A DNA stretch of 64,000 bases. Source: an uncultured delta proteobacterium (GTDB lineage Bacteria; Myxococcota_A; Polyangia; Polyangiales; Polyangiaceae). Position numbers and translations under genes: made by a program. The DNA is taken from assembly GCA_963716725.1 (NCBI GenBank), contig CAVQUB010000011.1, positions 448,001-512,000 on the forward strand. Reading direction: 5' to 3'. The notes under the pieces are model-generated. The model saw nothing but the letters and a program-made list of their open reading frames with translations. It was not told where the DNA came from and did no database searches. Positions 50,525 to 59,566 of the stretch are shown one piece after another. How positions within the stretch are numbered: the stretch's first letter is position 1; every line of letters starts with the position of its first letter.

Positions 50525-51358
50525 TCACTTCGGCGGTTGACCGCAGTTGGTGAACTCCAGGTTGGTGTCGATACGAAAGTGGGACGCGTCGGTGTGGCGC
50601 TCGGCTTGGAACACGTCGAGCGCATAGGTCTTGCCCTTCTCGATGCCGAGTTCGGAGGCCTTGGCGTCGAGGTCCACGCTGCCGTTCTGCGACGGATGAA
50701 CGCCGCCGAGGTCTATGGCGAGCTTGCCGTTGATGAACGTCCAGAGGTCGTCGTCACCGGTGAAGGTGAACACCTCCCCTCCCTTGTATATGAACTCGGT
50801 GTGCAGCTCGAAGGTAAAGTGGAAGTTGTGCGGGTTGCCCTCGTCGCCAAAGCCCTGGCCGTCGATGGGGAAGAACGCGCCGTTGTCGTAGGTGTAGACG
50901 TTTCCGTTCTTGGTCAGGGAAAACGAGAAGGCAGAGGGCTGGTTGGTACCGGCAACGTCGCGGTACCACTGGTCGAAGTTCGCCTTGGTGGAGGTGAACT
51001 GGTGCGGGCTGTCGACGTAGACCGGCTTGCTGTCCGCGCCGAGCGCCGCGGCGACGATGCCTTTCTCGCCGTTCCCGGTGAAGGACTCGAAGTCGGGGTG
51101 GCTCTTCTGGAAGTCCCGAACCGTTCCGACCAGCAGGAGCCCGCAGCCGGCTCCGCCGCCGCTACCGCTCGCCGCCGAGCCGCCGTCACCGCTGGTTCCG
51201 CCCAGGTTGATGCCTCCGCTTCCGCCGCCCGCGGCGCTTCCGCCGGAACCGCCGTTGCCGACGGCTCCGCCCGAGCCACCGGCGGTCTTTCCGTCGTCAT
51301 CGCCCCCGCAACCCACCAGAGCCCCGAACGCTAGGGCTACCAACCAGAAAGGACGCAT
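50525..51358 (-). CDS. Fibro-slime (PA14-like) domain lipoprotein
   Basis: Lipobox LVGC; VRDF..HPDFE, HNFHFTFE, FTGDDDLWTFINGKLAIDLGGVH, FQAERHT. Confidence 0.9.
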   Translation of the reverse strand: MRPFWLVALAFGALVGCGGDDDGKTAGGSGGAVGNGGSGGSAAGGGSGGINLGGTSGDGGSAASGSGGGAGCGLLLVGTVRDFQKSHPDFESFTGNGEKGIVAAALGADSKPVYVDSPHQFTSTKANFDQWYRDVAGTNQPSAFSFSLTKNGNVYTYDNGAFFPIDGQGFGDEGNPHNFHFTFELHTEFIYKGGEVFTFTGDDDLWTFINGKLAIDLGGVHPSQNGSVDLDAKASELGIEKGKTYALDVFQAERHTDASHFRIDTNLEFTNCGQPPK

Positions 51359-51481
51359 TCGAGCCTCCACGACGTGAAGTGTTGCCGGACGATTGAACCA
51401 CGCGGGCGCCGAGGGGGCAAACGCCTACACGGATGGGGCCGGCGGGCGCCCGGGCACGCACACTGGCACAATGCCCGCAGC

Positions 51482-52081
51482 ATGTTGCTCAACCGCGTCG
51501 AGACAGCGCTGATGAATAACCCGCTGCGCGGCTTCGTGCAGCGTTACTACGAGGCCAGGAAGCTCCAGCGCCTCGGCGGCCGGGCCTTGGGGCAGCACGT
51601 GCTCGAGGTCGGCTGCGGGCGCGGCGTGGGGGTCGAGATCTTGATCGACGAGTTCGGCGCGAATCGGGTGGACGCGTTCGACCTCGACCCGCGCATGGTC
51701 GATCTGGCGCGGCGGCGGCTCGCAGCGCGCGGCGATCGCGTGAAGCTCTGGCAGGGCAGCGTGACCGATATCCGCGCCGCGGACGCCAGCTACGACGCCG
51801 TGTTCGACTTCGGGATCATTCACCACGTGCCCGCTTGGCGCGACGCGCTCGCGGAGATCTTCCGAGTGCTGCGCCCCGGCGGCCGCTTCTTCGCAGAAGA
51901 GGTGCTCGCGAAGTTCATCGCTCACCCGCTCTGGCGCCGGCTGCTCGATCACCCGCAGCTCGACCGCTTCGACCGGGGATCGTTCGCCCGTGCGCTCGCC
52001 GGCGTGGGCTTCGAGGTGCGCGTGAGCGAGGAACTGTGGGGCGACCTCGCCTGGTTTGTGGCGGACAAACCCGAGAGCTGA
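51482..52081 (+). CDS. Class I SAM-dependent methyltransferase
   Basis: VLEVGCGRG, FDLD, YDAVFDFGIIHH, RVLRPGG. Confidence 0.92.
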   Translation: MLLNRVETALMNNPLRGFVQRYYEARKLQRLGGRALGQHVLEVGCGRGVGVEILIDEFGANRVDAFDLDPRMVDLARRRLAARGDRVKLWQGSVTDIRAADASYDAVFDFGIIHHVPAWRDALAEIFRVLRPGGRFFAEEVLAKFIAHPLWRRLLDHPQLDRFDRGSFARALAGVGFEVRVSEELWGDLAWFVADKPES

Positions 52082-52179
52082 GAGGCCCTCGGAGCCTTCG
52101 GGGAAGATGCCCCCGGGGAGGGTCGTAGGAGGGGCGCTGCTGGACCTGGGGCGGGGCCCTGGCGGCGGAGAATCACGTC

Positions 52180-53502
52180 ATGCAACTCGTTCGAATCATT
52201 TCGGTCTTGGGCGCACTCACGCTGACACTGGCCTGCGGCGGCTCCGGCGGCGGCGGGGGGATCCTGCCCGACGACGGCGGCGCGGGAACAGGGAACAGCT
52301 CGAGCTCCGGTGGAAGCGGCAACAGCGGGGGTTTTGGCAACACCGGAAACACGGGGGGCGTCGCCGGCCAGGCGGGCACGCCCGGGACCGGCGGAGTGGC
52401 GGGCAGTGGCAGCGGCGGGTTCGGTGGCGAAGCGGGCTCGAGTTCCGGCGGCTCGAGTTCCGGCGGCTCGGGAGGCGCCAGCGCGTGCAAGATGGGCGGC
52501 TCCGCGTGCCAGACCTACTCGGACTGCTGCAGCGGCACCTGCGCCAACAACGTCTGCACGTCCTGCAGCGCGAAGGGCCAGACGTGCGACGGCGAGGGGG
52601 GCTGTTGCGGCGGGCTGCTCTGCTACCAGGGCAAGTGCCTGGACTGCAAGCCGGACTATTCGTCCTGCACCTACGCAGCGGACTGCTGCTCGGGCATCTG
52701 CGATCAGGGAACCTGCAAAGCCTGCAAGACCCCGGGTAGCTCGTGCTCCACCGCGAGCCAGTGCTGCTCGGGTCTGAGCTGCGAGAGCGGCAAGTGCTGC
52801 AACTCCGCGGGCAAGACCTGCACGTACTCCAGCGAGTGCTGCGGTGGGCTCGAATGCAACGGCGGAACCTGCGCCAAGCCCTGCGCCGGATCGGGTTCGA
52901 CCTGCGCTTCGAGCGGCGACTGCTGCAGCGGATACCAGTGCCTCAGCGGCAAGTGCGGGACCTGCAAGACCAGCGGCCTCTCCTGCAGCTCGAGCACCGA
53001 TTGCTGCACCGGCCTCTCGTGCAACAGCGGCGTGTGTGGAACGGCGTGCAAGACCAGCGGCCTCTCCTGCAGCTCGAGCACCGACTGCTGCACCGGCCTC
53101 ACCTGCTCCAGCGGCACCTGCAAGGCTGCCTGCAAGACCAGTGGCGTCTCCTGCACCTACAGCTCCGACTGCTGCACCGGCCTCACCTGCTCCAGCGGCA
53201 CCTGCAAGGCTGCCTGCAAGACCAGCGGCCTCTCCTGCACCTACAGCTCCGACTGCTGCACCGGCCTCACCTGCTCCGGAGGAACCTGCAAGACGGCCTG
53301 CAAGGCCAGCGGCCTCTCCTGCGCCTACAGCTCCGACTGCTGCACCGGCCTCACCTGCTCCGGAGGAACCTGCAAGACCAGCACGACCGCGGGCAGCTGC
53401 AACGGCTATTGCGGCGGCAAGTCCAACGGCAGCTGCTACTGCGACACGCAGTGCACCAGTTCCGGCGACTGCTGCCCCGACAAGACGACCTACTGCGGCT
53501 GA
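52180..53502 (+). CDS. Lipoprotein with 11 knottin-framework repeats and a C-terminal somatomedin-B-like domain
   Basis: Lipobox TLAC; Cx6Cx5CCx3-4Cx4C repeats; terminal SCNGYCG...CYCDTQCTSSGDCCPDKTTYC. Confidence 0.85.
   Translation: MQLVRIISVLGALTLTLACGGSGGGGGILPDDGGAGTGNSSSSGGSGNSGGFGNTGNTGGVAGQAGTPGTGGVAGSGSGGFGGEAGSSSGGSSSGGSGGASACKMGGSACQTYSDCCSGTCANNVCTSCSAKGQTCDGEGGCCGGLLCYQGKCLDCKPDYSSCTYAADCCSGICDQGTCKACKTPGSSCSTASQCCSGLSCESGKCCNSAGKTCTYSSECCGGLECNGGTCAKPCAGSGSTCASSGDCCSGYQCLSGKCGTCKTSGLSCSSSTDCCTGLSCNSGVCGTACKTSGLSCSSSTDCCTGLTCSSGTCKAACKTSGVSCTYSSDCCTGLTCSSGTCKAACKTSGLSCTYSSDCCTGLTCSGGTCKTACKASGLSCAYSSDCCTGLTCSGGTCKTSTTAGSCNGYCGGKSNGSCYCDTQCTSSGDCCPDKTTYCG
52963..53378. repeat. 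84-bp coding tandem repeat, 5 near-identical copies
   Basis: Units start at 52963, 53047, 53131, 53215 and 53299 (tgcaag(a/g)ccag(c/t)ggc...). Confidence 0.9.
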
Positions 53503-53673
53503 ACCGAGCATCGACTCGATCCGACCGGCAGCGCTCCCCCGCGCCGCCGGTCGCGCCCATTTGGAGCGACCGAACGCGTCCGGCCGGATCGCCCCCGGCG
53601 GCTCGCGCCCAGAACGCCCCCCGGTCCCCGCTTGGCGCGCGCCGTGCAACCTGCCCCGGGCAGGAGGCACACG

Positions 53674-54993
53674 ATGCGACGAGCAGAAATCCAGCTGAGC
53701 CAGGTCCCCACCGAAGGCGCCGGGTGGCGCCAAGGTCGACCGGTGGAAGATCCCGAGAAGACCAAGCGCTGGGGCTTCGTCACGGCCAAGCCCAGCGAGT
53801 ACCTGGTGCACGTGCGCCGGGGCGAGGTGCGCCGGGCGAGCTCCGGTCAAGGCGCGACCTGCTTCAAGTGGCCCTGGGACGCGGTGGCCGTCGTGCCGAC
53901 GTCGTTCCAGCGGCTGGTGTTCCGCGCCGACCAGGTCACCCGAGAGAAGGTCGGCGTCGAGATCGTGGGGCTCGCGGTCTACCGCATCGCGGAGCCGCTG
54001 ATCGCCTACCGAGTGCTCAACTTCAGCTTCCCGGAGCGGGCGCAGCTGAAGCTCGAAGAAGCCTTGACGGGCATGTTCGTCGGCGCGACGCGGCGCCTGG
54101 TGGCGAACCTGAGCGTCGAGGACTGCATGCAGAAGCAAAAGAGCGCGCTGGCCCAGGAGCTCTTGCGGGAGGTGTCGCCGGTGGTCGGCGGCGAAGGAGC
54201 GCTCGATGACTTCACCACCAAGGGCTGGGGCATCGTCATCGACACCATCGAAATTCAAGAAGTGCGGGTGCTCTCGGAGTCGGTCTTCGCGGCCATGCAG
54301 GCGCCCTACCGAGCCGAGCTCGAACGCAGCGCGCGGCAAGCGAGGGCGCAGGCTGAGAAGGACATCGCGACGCGCGAGGCAGATCTCTCGCGCGAGATCG
54401 AGGAGTCTAGGATCCAGAACGAGCTCGTCGTCCGAGAGCGAAAGGAGGAGCTGGAACGTGCGGCCGCGGAGGCGGTGAAGGCTCGCGCGCTCCGGGACGC
54501 GGAGACCGCTCGCGAGATCGAAGAGGCCAAGCTGGCCGGGAGCGCGCGGTTGCGGGAGCAGGGCGCCGAGTTCGCGCGACGCGAGGCCGAGGCGCAGACG
54601 CGCGATGCCATCCTCGAGCACGAGCGCCGGGTGCAAGAGGCCCGAGCCGAGCTCGAAGCCCACGAGATCCGCGCGCAGGCCCTGATCAAGCGCGCCGAGC
54701 TGGCCCGTGTCGAGGTGAGCACCGACGTCGAGCGACGCACGGCGCTGGCGGAGGTGAAGCGCGTGGAGGACAGCTCCGAGGCCGAGGGCGATCTGGCTCG
54801 GGCCCGCATCGAACGCGAACGCGCCGAAGCCCGCGCGCGGGTGATCGGTGCGGAGAATCTGCCCAAGCTTGCCGCCGCAGTCGGCCAGAAGTTCGGCGAG
54901 GTGAAGATCACGCACTTCGGCGCCACGGAGAGCCCCTTCGGGAGCATCGCGCAGGCGGTGGCCAGCGTGATCGACCTCGCGAAGAGCGCATGA
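53674..54993 (+). CDS. SPFH/flotillin-family protein
   Basis: TAKPSEYLV, ADQVTREKVGV, GIVIDTIEIQEV, long coiled coil; AGGAGG RBS. Confidence 0.85.
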   Translation: MRRAEIQLSQVPTEGAGWRQGRPVEDPEKTKRWGFVTAKPSEYLVHVRRGEVRRASSGQGATCFKWPWDAVAVVPTSFQRLVFRADQVTREKVGVEIVGLAVYRIAEPLIAYRVLNFSFPERAQLKLEEALTGMFVGATRRLVANLSVEDCMQKQKSALAQELLREVSPVVGGEGALDDFTTKGWGIVIDTIEIQEVRVLSESVFAAMQAPYRAELERSARQARAQAEKDIATREADLSREIEESRIQNELVVRERKEELERAAAEAVKARALRDAETAREIEEAKLAGSARLREQGAEFARREAEAQTRDAILEHERRVQEARAELEAHEIRAQALIKRAELARVEVSTDVERRTALAEVKRVEDSSEAEGDLARARIERERAEARARVIGAENLPKLAAAVGQKFGEVKITHFGATESPFGSIAQAVASVIDLAKSA

Positions 54994-55033
54994 GAAGGCG
55001 CTGGCGAAACCTCGCCGGCGGGCGCGCCCGGTG

Positions 55034-55596
55034 TCACTTCATTTTGACGCCTAGCTTGCTGTGGCAGCTAGCGCAGGTCGCGAGGAACGCTCCGTAGGTC
55101 TTGCCTCGGTCCGCCATCTTGGCCGTCCGGGCCTTGTTGGCCAGGTCGTGGACGTGCTTGGCAAGGGTCACGACTTCTTTGGGGACGCTCTTTTCTCCAG
55201 CGACGGCGCGTTCGCCAAGGGCGGCATCGGCGAGTGCTTCCGAGCCCTTCACCCAGGCATCTTCGTTGGGCGCCATCAGGCCCTCCCACATGCGGTCGGC
55301 GGCCCACTGGTGGCGAAGCATGTGAGGCTGCGCGCCCGATCCTTCTGCCGGAGGCGCGCTCACGGCGACCTTGGGTGAGCCGAGCTGCTCGTGACAGGTC
55401 GCACATGCGCGCCCCATGCTCCCGAGGGCGAGGCCCGCTCGGTCCAGATCCGCCGCGTCGCGCCCGGCATGGGCGGAGTCTTTCATTCCCTCGACGTGTT
55501 GCTTCCAGCTCACCGGAGGGTCTGCGCTGATTTCGTGCTCGGCGAGCCAAACGCTGGCCTTCTTGAACTCTTCCAGGTCGCCTCGGATCAGCGCGG
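55034..55596 (-). pseudogene. Di-heme helical cytochrome c, apparently 5'-truncated
   Basis: CATCH and CASCH motifs, HMLRHQWAADRMWEGL; the frame runs upstream through ALIRGDLEE to a TAA with no signal peptide or good start. Confidence 0.6.
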
Positions 55597-55644
55597 AGGC
55601 GCCGACGCGGGGATATCTGGCCAGCTTGGACCGCCCGCTTTAGC

Positions 55645-56304
55645 CTAGCTCCGGCTCCGAGCGAGCTTCACTTTCAGCGCTTCGAGCCGGGCTTTGGCGT
55701 CTCGCACGGCGACGCCCGCGGCGTGCGTCTCGGCGCGACACGCGTTGAGCGCCATGTCGATCTCGGCCATCTGAGTGATGGTCCGCTGGCCGCTGGCCTG
55801 CGCTTCGGCTTCCCTCCGCGCAAGGCCCCGCAGGGCCGTCGCGTGGGCCTCTTCGGCCCGGCTCAGGACCTGGGACTCGTCTGCAACGCGCTGGGCGTAG
55901 AACGCGGCGGCCTCCTCCCGCGAGAACGAGAGCAAGACGTCGATCTCCGCGCTGAGCTCGACTGCCAGGGCATTCAGGCGCTCGACGTAGGTCTCACGGT
56001 CGTACTCCACGAGCTCGGCTTGAAGCTGAACGGATTGCAGCTCGGACTGCATGCGGGCGTGCTCGATCTGGGCCCGGGTCGAGACCGTGGCCGAGTCGAG
56101 CTGCGCCTGGTGTTGGGCTTTCAGCGCCGCAAGCTGCGCCGTGTGACGCTCCCGGAGCACATCGATCTCGTTCTCGAGCGCGCTCTGTTCTAGCTCCGCT
56201 CGCCGCGGCTCCCCCAACGCGTCGTCTGCCGGGCGTTCGGCCAGCGCAGCCTCGAGCGCGGCGATTTTCGCCAGGGCGGCCTGGAGGGGATCTCGAGCGC
56301 TCAC
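55645..56304 (-). CDS. Hypothetical coiled-coil protein
   Basis: 219 aa Ala/Glu/Leu-rich heptad pattern. Confidence 0.55.
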   Translation of the reverse strand: MSARDPLQAALAKIAALEAALAERPADDALGEPRRAELEQSALENEIDVLRERHTAQLAALKAQHQAQLDSATVSTRAQIEHARMQSELQSVQLQAELVEYDRETYVERLNALAVELSAEIDVLLSFSREEAAAFYAQRVADESQVLSRAEEAHATALRGLARREAEAQASGQRTITQMAEIDMALNACRAETHAAGVAVRDAKARLEALKVKLARSRS

Positions 56305-56377
56305 GTGGACCGGGCAATTGTGCCAGACCCGGGTGAGTTTGGGCCAAGTGGCTGGAGGTCCCCGCTATCATGCCCGC

Positions 56378-56965
56378 ATGAACCCGCCGGAACTTGCGCG
56401 ATCGGCCGTGGCGCTCCTGGCCCGCCCGGGCTCCACCCTCGACCGCGTGGCGGCGCGGCCCTCGCCCGCGGACGCCGCCCTGCTGGTGGGCCTGACGGGA
56501 GCCCTCTGGTCGGGGTTGTGTCTTCTCTTGTGGCGTGCAGGGCACGCCCCCTCCCGGGCGCTCGTGCCCATCGGCCGCTCGAACTACTACCTCGGGCAGG
56601 CCCTGTGGGTGATCCCGGTGCTGCTCTTCGGGTGGGTGGTGGTCGGCGGCGCCTGCCACCTGCTCTCGCGCTGGGCCGGGGGCAAGGGCACTCGGGCGAG
56701 CATGCTCGCCTGCGCGGGCTACGCCTACGCGGTCCCCCTCGCCGTCGTGTTCGTCATCCCGGATATCGTGGCGTACCTTGGCTTCGGCTTCGCCAGTCTC
56801 GCGCGACTCGTCCGCGTCACGGGCCTGGTGCTGGTCGTCGCGGAGTGGGCGCTCATGTCCCGGGCAGTCGTCGCCGCTCACCAGCTCGCGTGGTCGCGAG
56901 CGGTGCCCATCGCCCTGCTGGCCCTCCTCGTCCAGGCCGTGCTGGTCGGTCCCGTCCTGCGCTGA
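56378..56965 (+). CDS. YIP1-like integral membrane protein
   Basis: LLARPGSTLDRV N-terminus, about five TM helices, GGKGT and GYAYAVP motifs. Confidence 0.65.
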   Translation: MNPPELARSAVALLARPGSTLDRVAARPSPADAALLVGLTGALWSGLCLLLWRAGHAPSRALVPIGRSNYYLGQALWVIPVLLFGWVVVGGACHLLSRWAGGKGTRASMLACAGYAYAVPLAVVFVIPDIVAYLGFGFASLARLVRVTGLVLVVAEWALMSRAVVAAHQLAWSRAVPIALLALLVQAVLVGPVLR

Positions 56966-57156
56966 CGCGCCATCGGCTAACGCCGATTGGAACTGGTCGG
57001 GCAAATGGGATGCCTCGCAGTTTCAGTCTTGCCACCCCAAATTCTTGGCGACCTCGGCGCCTTGGCGGTTCACCCAGCTTTCATCTGCGCCCACTCGCGT
57101 CGAGTTGCTGACAAGTCATTCCATTATTCTCCTGCGCGCCCTAGGCTCCACGAATC

Positions 57157-57657
57157 GTGGGCGTCGAAATCGAGCGCAAATTCTTGGTGAGCGGGGACGC
57201 CTGGCGAGGTGCGGGGCCACGCGAGGTGATCCGCCAGGGTTACCTGTCCACCGATCCGGATCGGATCGTGAGGGTTCGACGCAGCGACGACCGCGGGTTT
57301 TTCACGGTGAAGGGCCGGGCAGCAGGCGCGCGGCGCACCGAGGTCGAATTCGAGATCCCTCACGCGCAAGCCGACGAGCTGATGACGCTGTGCAAGGGCG
57401 CCATTGTCGAGAAGATCCGCCACCACGCCCAGCACGCGGGCCACGAGTGGGTGATAGACGAATTCTCCGGGAACAACGCCGGGCTCGTGGTAGCCGAGCT
57501 CGAGGTCGGCGACGAGAGCGAGTTCGAGCGGGCGCTCGCCGCGCCGCCGGGCTGGCTCGGCCGCGATGTGACCGACGACGCGCGGCTCTCGAACTCCGCG
57601 CTCTCGGAGCGACCCTTCGCGAGCTGGAGCGACGCCGAGCGGCGCGCGCTCGCCTGA
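57157..57657 (+). CDS. CYTH domain protein
   Basis: EIERKFLV, IRQGYL, VRVR, TVKG, EVEFEI, VAELE, DVTDDARLSN. Confidence 0.92.
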   Translation: MGVEIERKFLVSGDAWRGAGPREVIRQGYLSTDPDRIVRVRRSDDRGFFTVKGRAAGARRTEVEFEIPHAQADELMTLCKGAIVEKIRHHAQHAGHEWVIDEFSGNNAGLVVAELEVGDESEFERALAAPPGWLGRDVTDDARLSNSALSERPFASWSDAERRALA

Positions 57658-57932
57658 AGGTCTGTCGAAGAATGGCGGAGCGCAAGCCGGCGGAGCCGGC
57701 CCACCCCGTCGGGTATCGCGAAGCGCGTCGCGTGGGGTGGGGCCCCAACGAATTCACTTCGGTGGGGCGGGGAGGCGCGTGCCTCCCCGATGACAAAGTG
57801 AAAGAGCTGTCGAATTTTCGACGGCTCTTGAGCCCTCACTGAACCAGTTCGCCCATGCCGCGCGGGCAGACCGCCACGTACCTGGGCGGACTGCCCCCGT
57901 CCGTGTTCGGGGTGAACCCCAGTGCCGAGGCA

Positions 57933-59465
57933 TCAGGCTCGGTGGTGGTGCCGCAAGTCCCTCACTCGGCGCAGGTTCTCCCGCGCGAGCGCGAAACCGC
58001 GCTGGCGCGCGCCCAACCGGGTCACCAGGGAAAAAATTCGCGGTAGATGCTGCCAGAACGGTCCGCCCAGGCCCGCCCAGCGAAGACCGCGTTTCATCAG
58101 CCCGGCGAAGGTCGGGCTGATCACGGCATCGGCGTTTGTCATCCAGTTCGGGTGGGCGACCGCGGCCTCCACCAGCACTTCGTAGAGCTCGTCGAAGTCG
58201 AGGCTCGGCGACAGATACCAGGAGGGCTCGAACAACGACTCGTCCGGCGAGAACCAACCCGTCTCGCGGCAGTGCCGCTCGAGGGGCGTGCCCGGATAGA
58301 CCCGGATGCCGGTGGAAAACAGCACCAGATGCGAAGGCGGGATGTGCTCCTCGCAGAAGGCGAGGGTCTCGCACACCGTGTCCAGGGTCTCGCCCGGCGC
58401 TCCGATGAGGAAGAACCACCAAGTTGGGACCTCTGCATCACGAAGCGCCCTGGCGGTGCGTTCGATCGCTTTCCGCCCGAACCCCTTTTGCAGCGAGGCG
58501 AGGGTCGTCTCCGACGCGCTCTCGGGGGTGCACATCAGGTTGGAAAAACCCGCGCGCTTCATGGCGAAGATCAGCTCGTCAGTCACCCCGGCGGGGTTGA
58601 GACCCATGGTCGACAGCTCGACGGGGAGGCTTCTCCGTTCGAGTTCACTACAGAGCGCTCGGGCGTGGCTGAGCGGCAGGTTGAAGGTCGAGTCGACGAA
58701 CTCGACCTGCTTCACTCCGTGCGCAACGGCGTCCTCGATCTCGTCCGCGACGTCCCCAGGCTCCCGCAGCCGATAGCGCCGTCCTTCGATCTCGTTGTAG
58801 ACGCAGTACGAGCACTCGAGCGCACAACCGCGCTTGGTCTGAATCGGATAAGGAGTGCCCATGGCGACGTAGCGTCGGAGCTCGACCCAGCGGTACGCTC
58901 GACTCCAGCGACCGCACACGAACTCCGAATTCATCGCTCGGCCGGCGGGCGGCTCTCCGCGTCGCGGACCGGAGAGCGGCAGCGCTCGAGCCTTCCGGCG
59001 CACCAACACCCCGGCGATGGCGCTTGGGTCGGTTTCCGACTCGAGCGCCCGTGCAAGCGCCGGCAGCGCGTCCTCACCCTCCCCCACGACGGCGTAGTCG
59101 GCGCCCAGGTAGTCCGTGATCTCTCCCGGACACACGTTCACGGCGGCGCCACCGACGACCAAAATCGCGCCTGGCGCGCAGGTGCGCAGCGGCACCACCA
59201 CCTCTTCGCGAATTCGAGGCAGGAAGAACACGGGGTCTTCGAAGTTGCAGTTGTCGATGTTGCGGATCCCGAGGGCGATCATCTCCGGTCGGTGCCGGCG
59301 CACCGCCCGCTCGACTTGGCGCGCGGGATCGCGCTCGAAGGTGAGGTCGAGAAAACTCACCTCGTGCCCGCCGGCATCGAGCGCCGTCGCGACCAGGCAC
59401 AGGCCCACCGGGATCACCGGCCACGGCATCTGTTCGCGGTTCGGGTTGATGCAGAGGATACGCAC
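57933..59465 (-). CDS. Cobalamin-dependent radical SAM protein
   Basis: N-terminal B12-binding region (GIRNIDN, VVGG), QTKRGCALECSYC, VDSTFN, GAPGET. Confidence 0.9.
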   Translation of the reverse strand: MRILCINPNREQMPWPVIPVGLCLVATALDAGGHEVSFLDLTFERDPARQVERAVRRHRPEMIALGIRNIDNCNFEDPVFFLPRIREEVVVPLRTCAPGAILVVGGAAVNVCPGEITDYLGADYAVVGEGEDALPALARALESETDPSAIAGVLVRRKARALPLSGPRRGEPPAGRAMNSEFVCGRWSRAYRWVELRRYVAMGTPYPIQTKRGCALECSYCVYNEIEGRRYRLREPGDVADEIEDAVAHGVKQVEFVDSTFNLPLSHARALCSELERRSLPVELSTMGLNPAGVTDELIFAMKRAGFSNLMCTPESASETTLASLQKGFGRKAIERTARALRDAEVPTWWFFLIGAPGETLDTVCETLAFCEEHIPPSHLVLFSTGIRVYPGTPLERHCRETGWFSPDESLFEPSWYLSPSLDFDELYEVLVEAAVAHPNWMTNADAVISPTFAGLMKRGLRWAGLGGPFWQHLPRIFSLVTRLGARQRGFALARENLRRVRDLRHHHRA

Positions 59466-59566
59466 GCCGGAGACCAGGATGGCGCACGCCCGCTCCAGGT
59501 CAACCGATCGGGCGACCGCCGGCCACGGCACTTGCAGCGTACCCCGCAATCGAGCAGGTTTGAGCG

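Noticed and set aside
51464..51479. Sigma-54-like GG-N10-GC (tggcacaatgcccgca)
   Set aside because: Too close to the ATG at 51482, so the TSS would fall inside the gene; the -12 element is also poor
52963..53378. 84-bp repeats as CRISPR or mobile-element ends
   Set aside because: In-frame coding repeats with no spacers or transposase
57672..57842. Small ORF MAERKPAEPAHPVG...
   Set aside because: Atypical codon usage, overlaps a hairpin element, no recognisable motif
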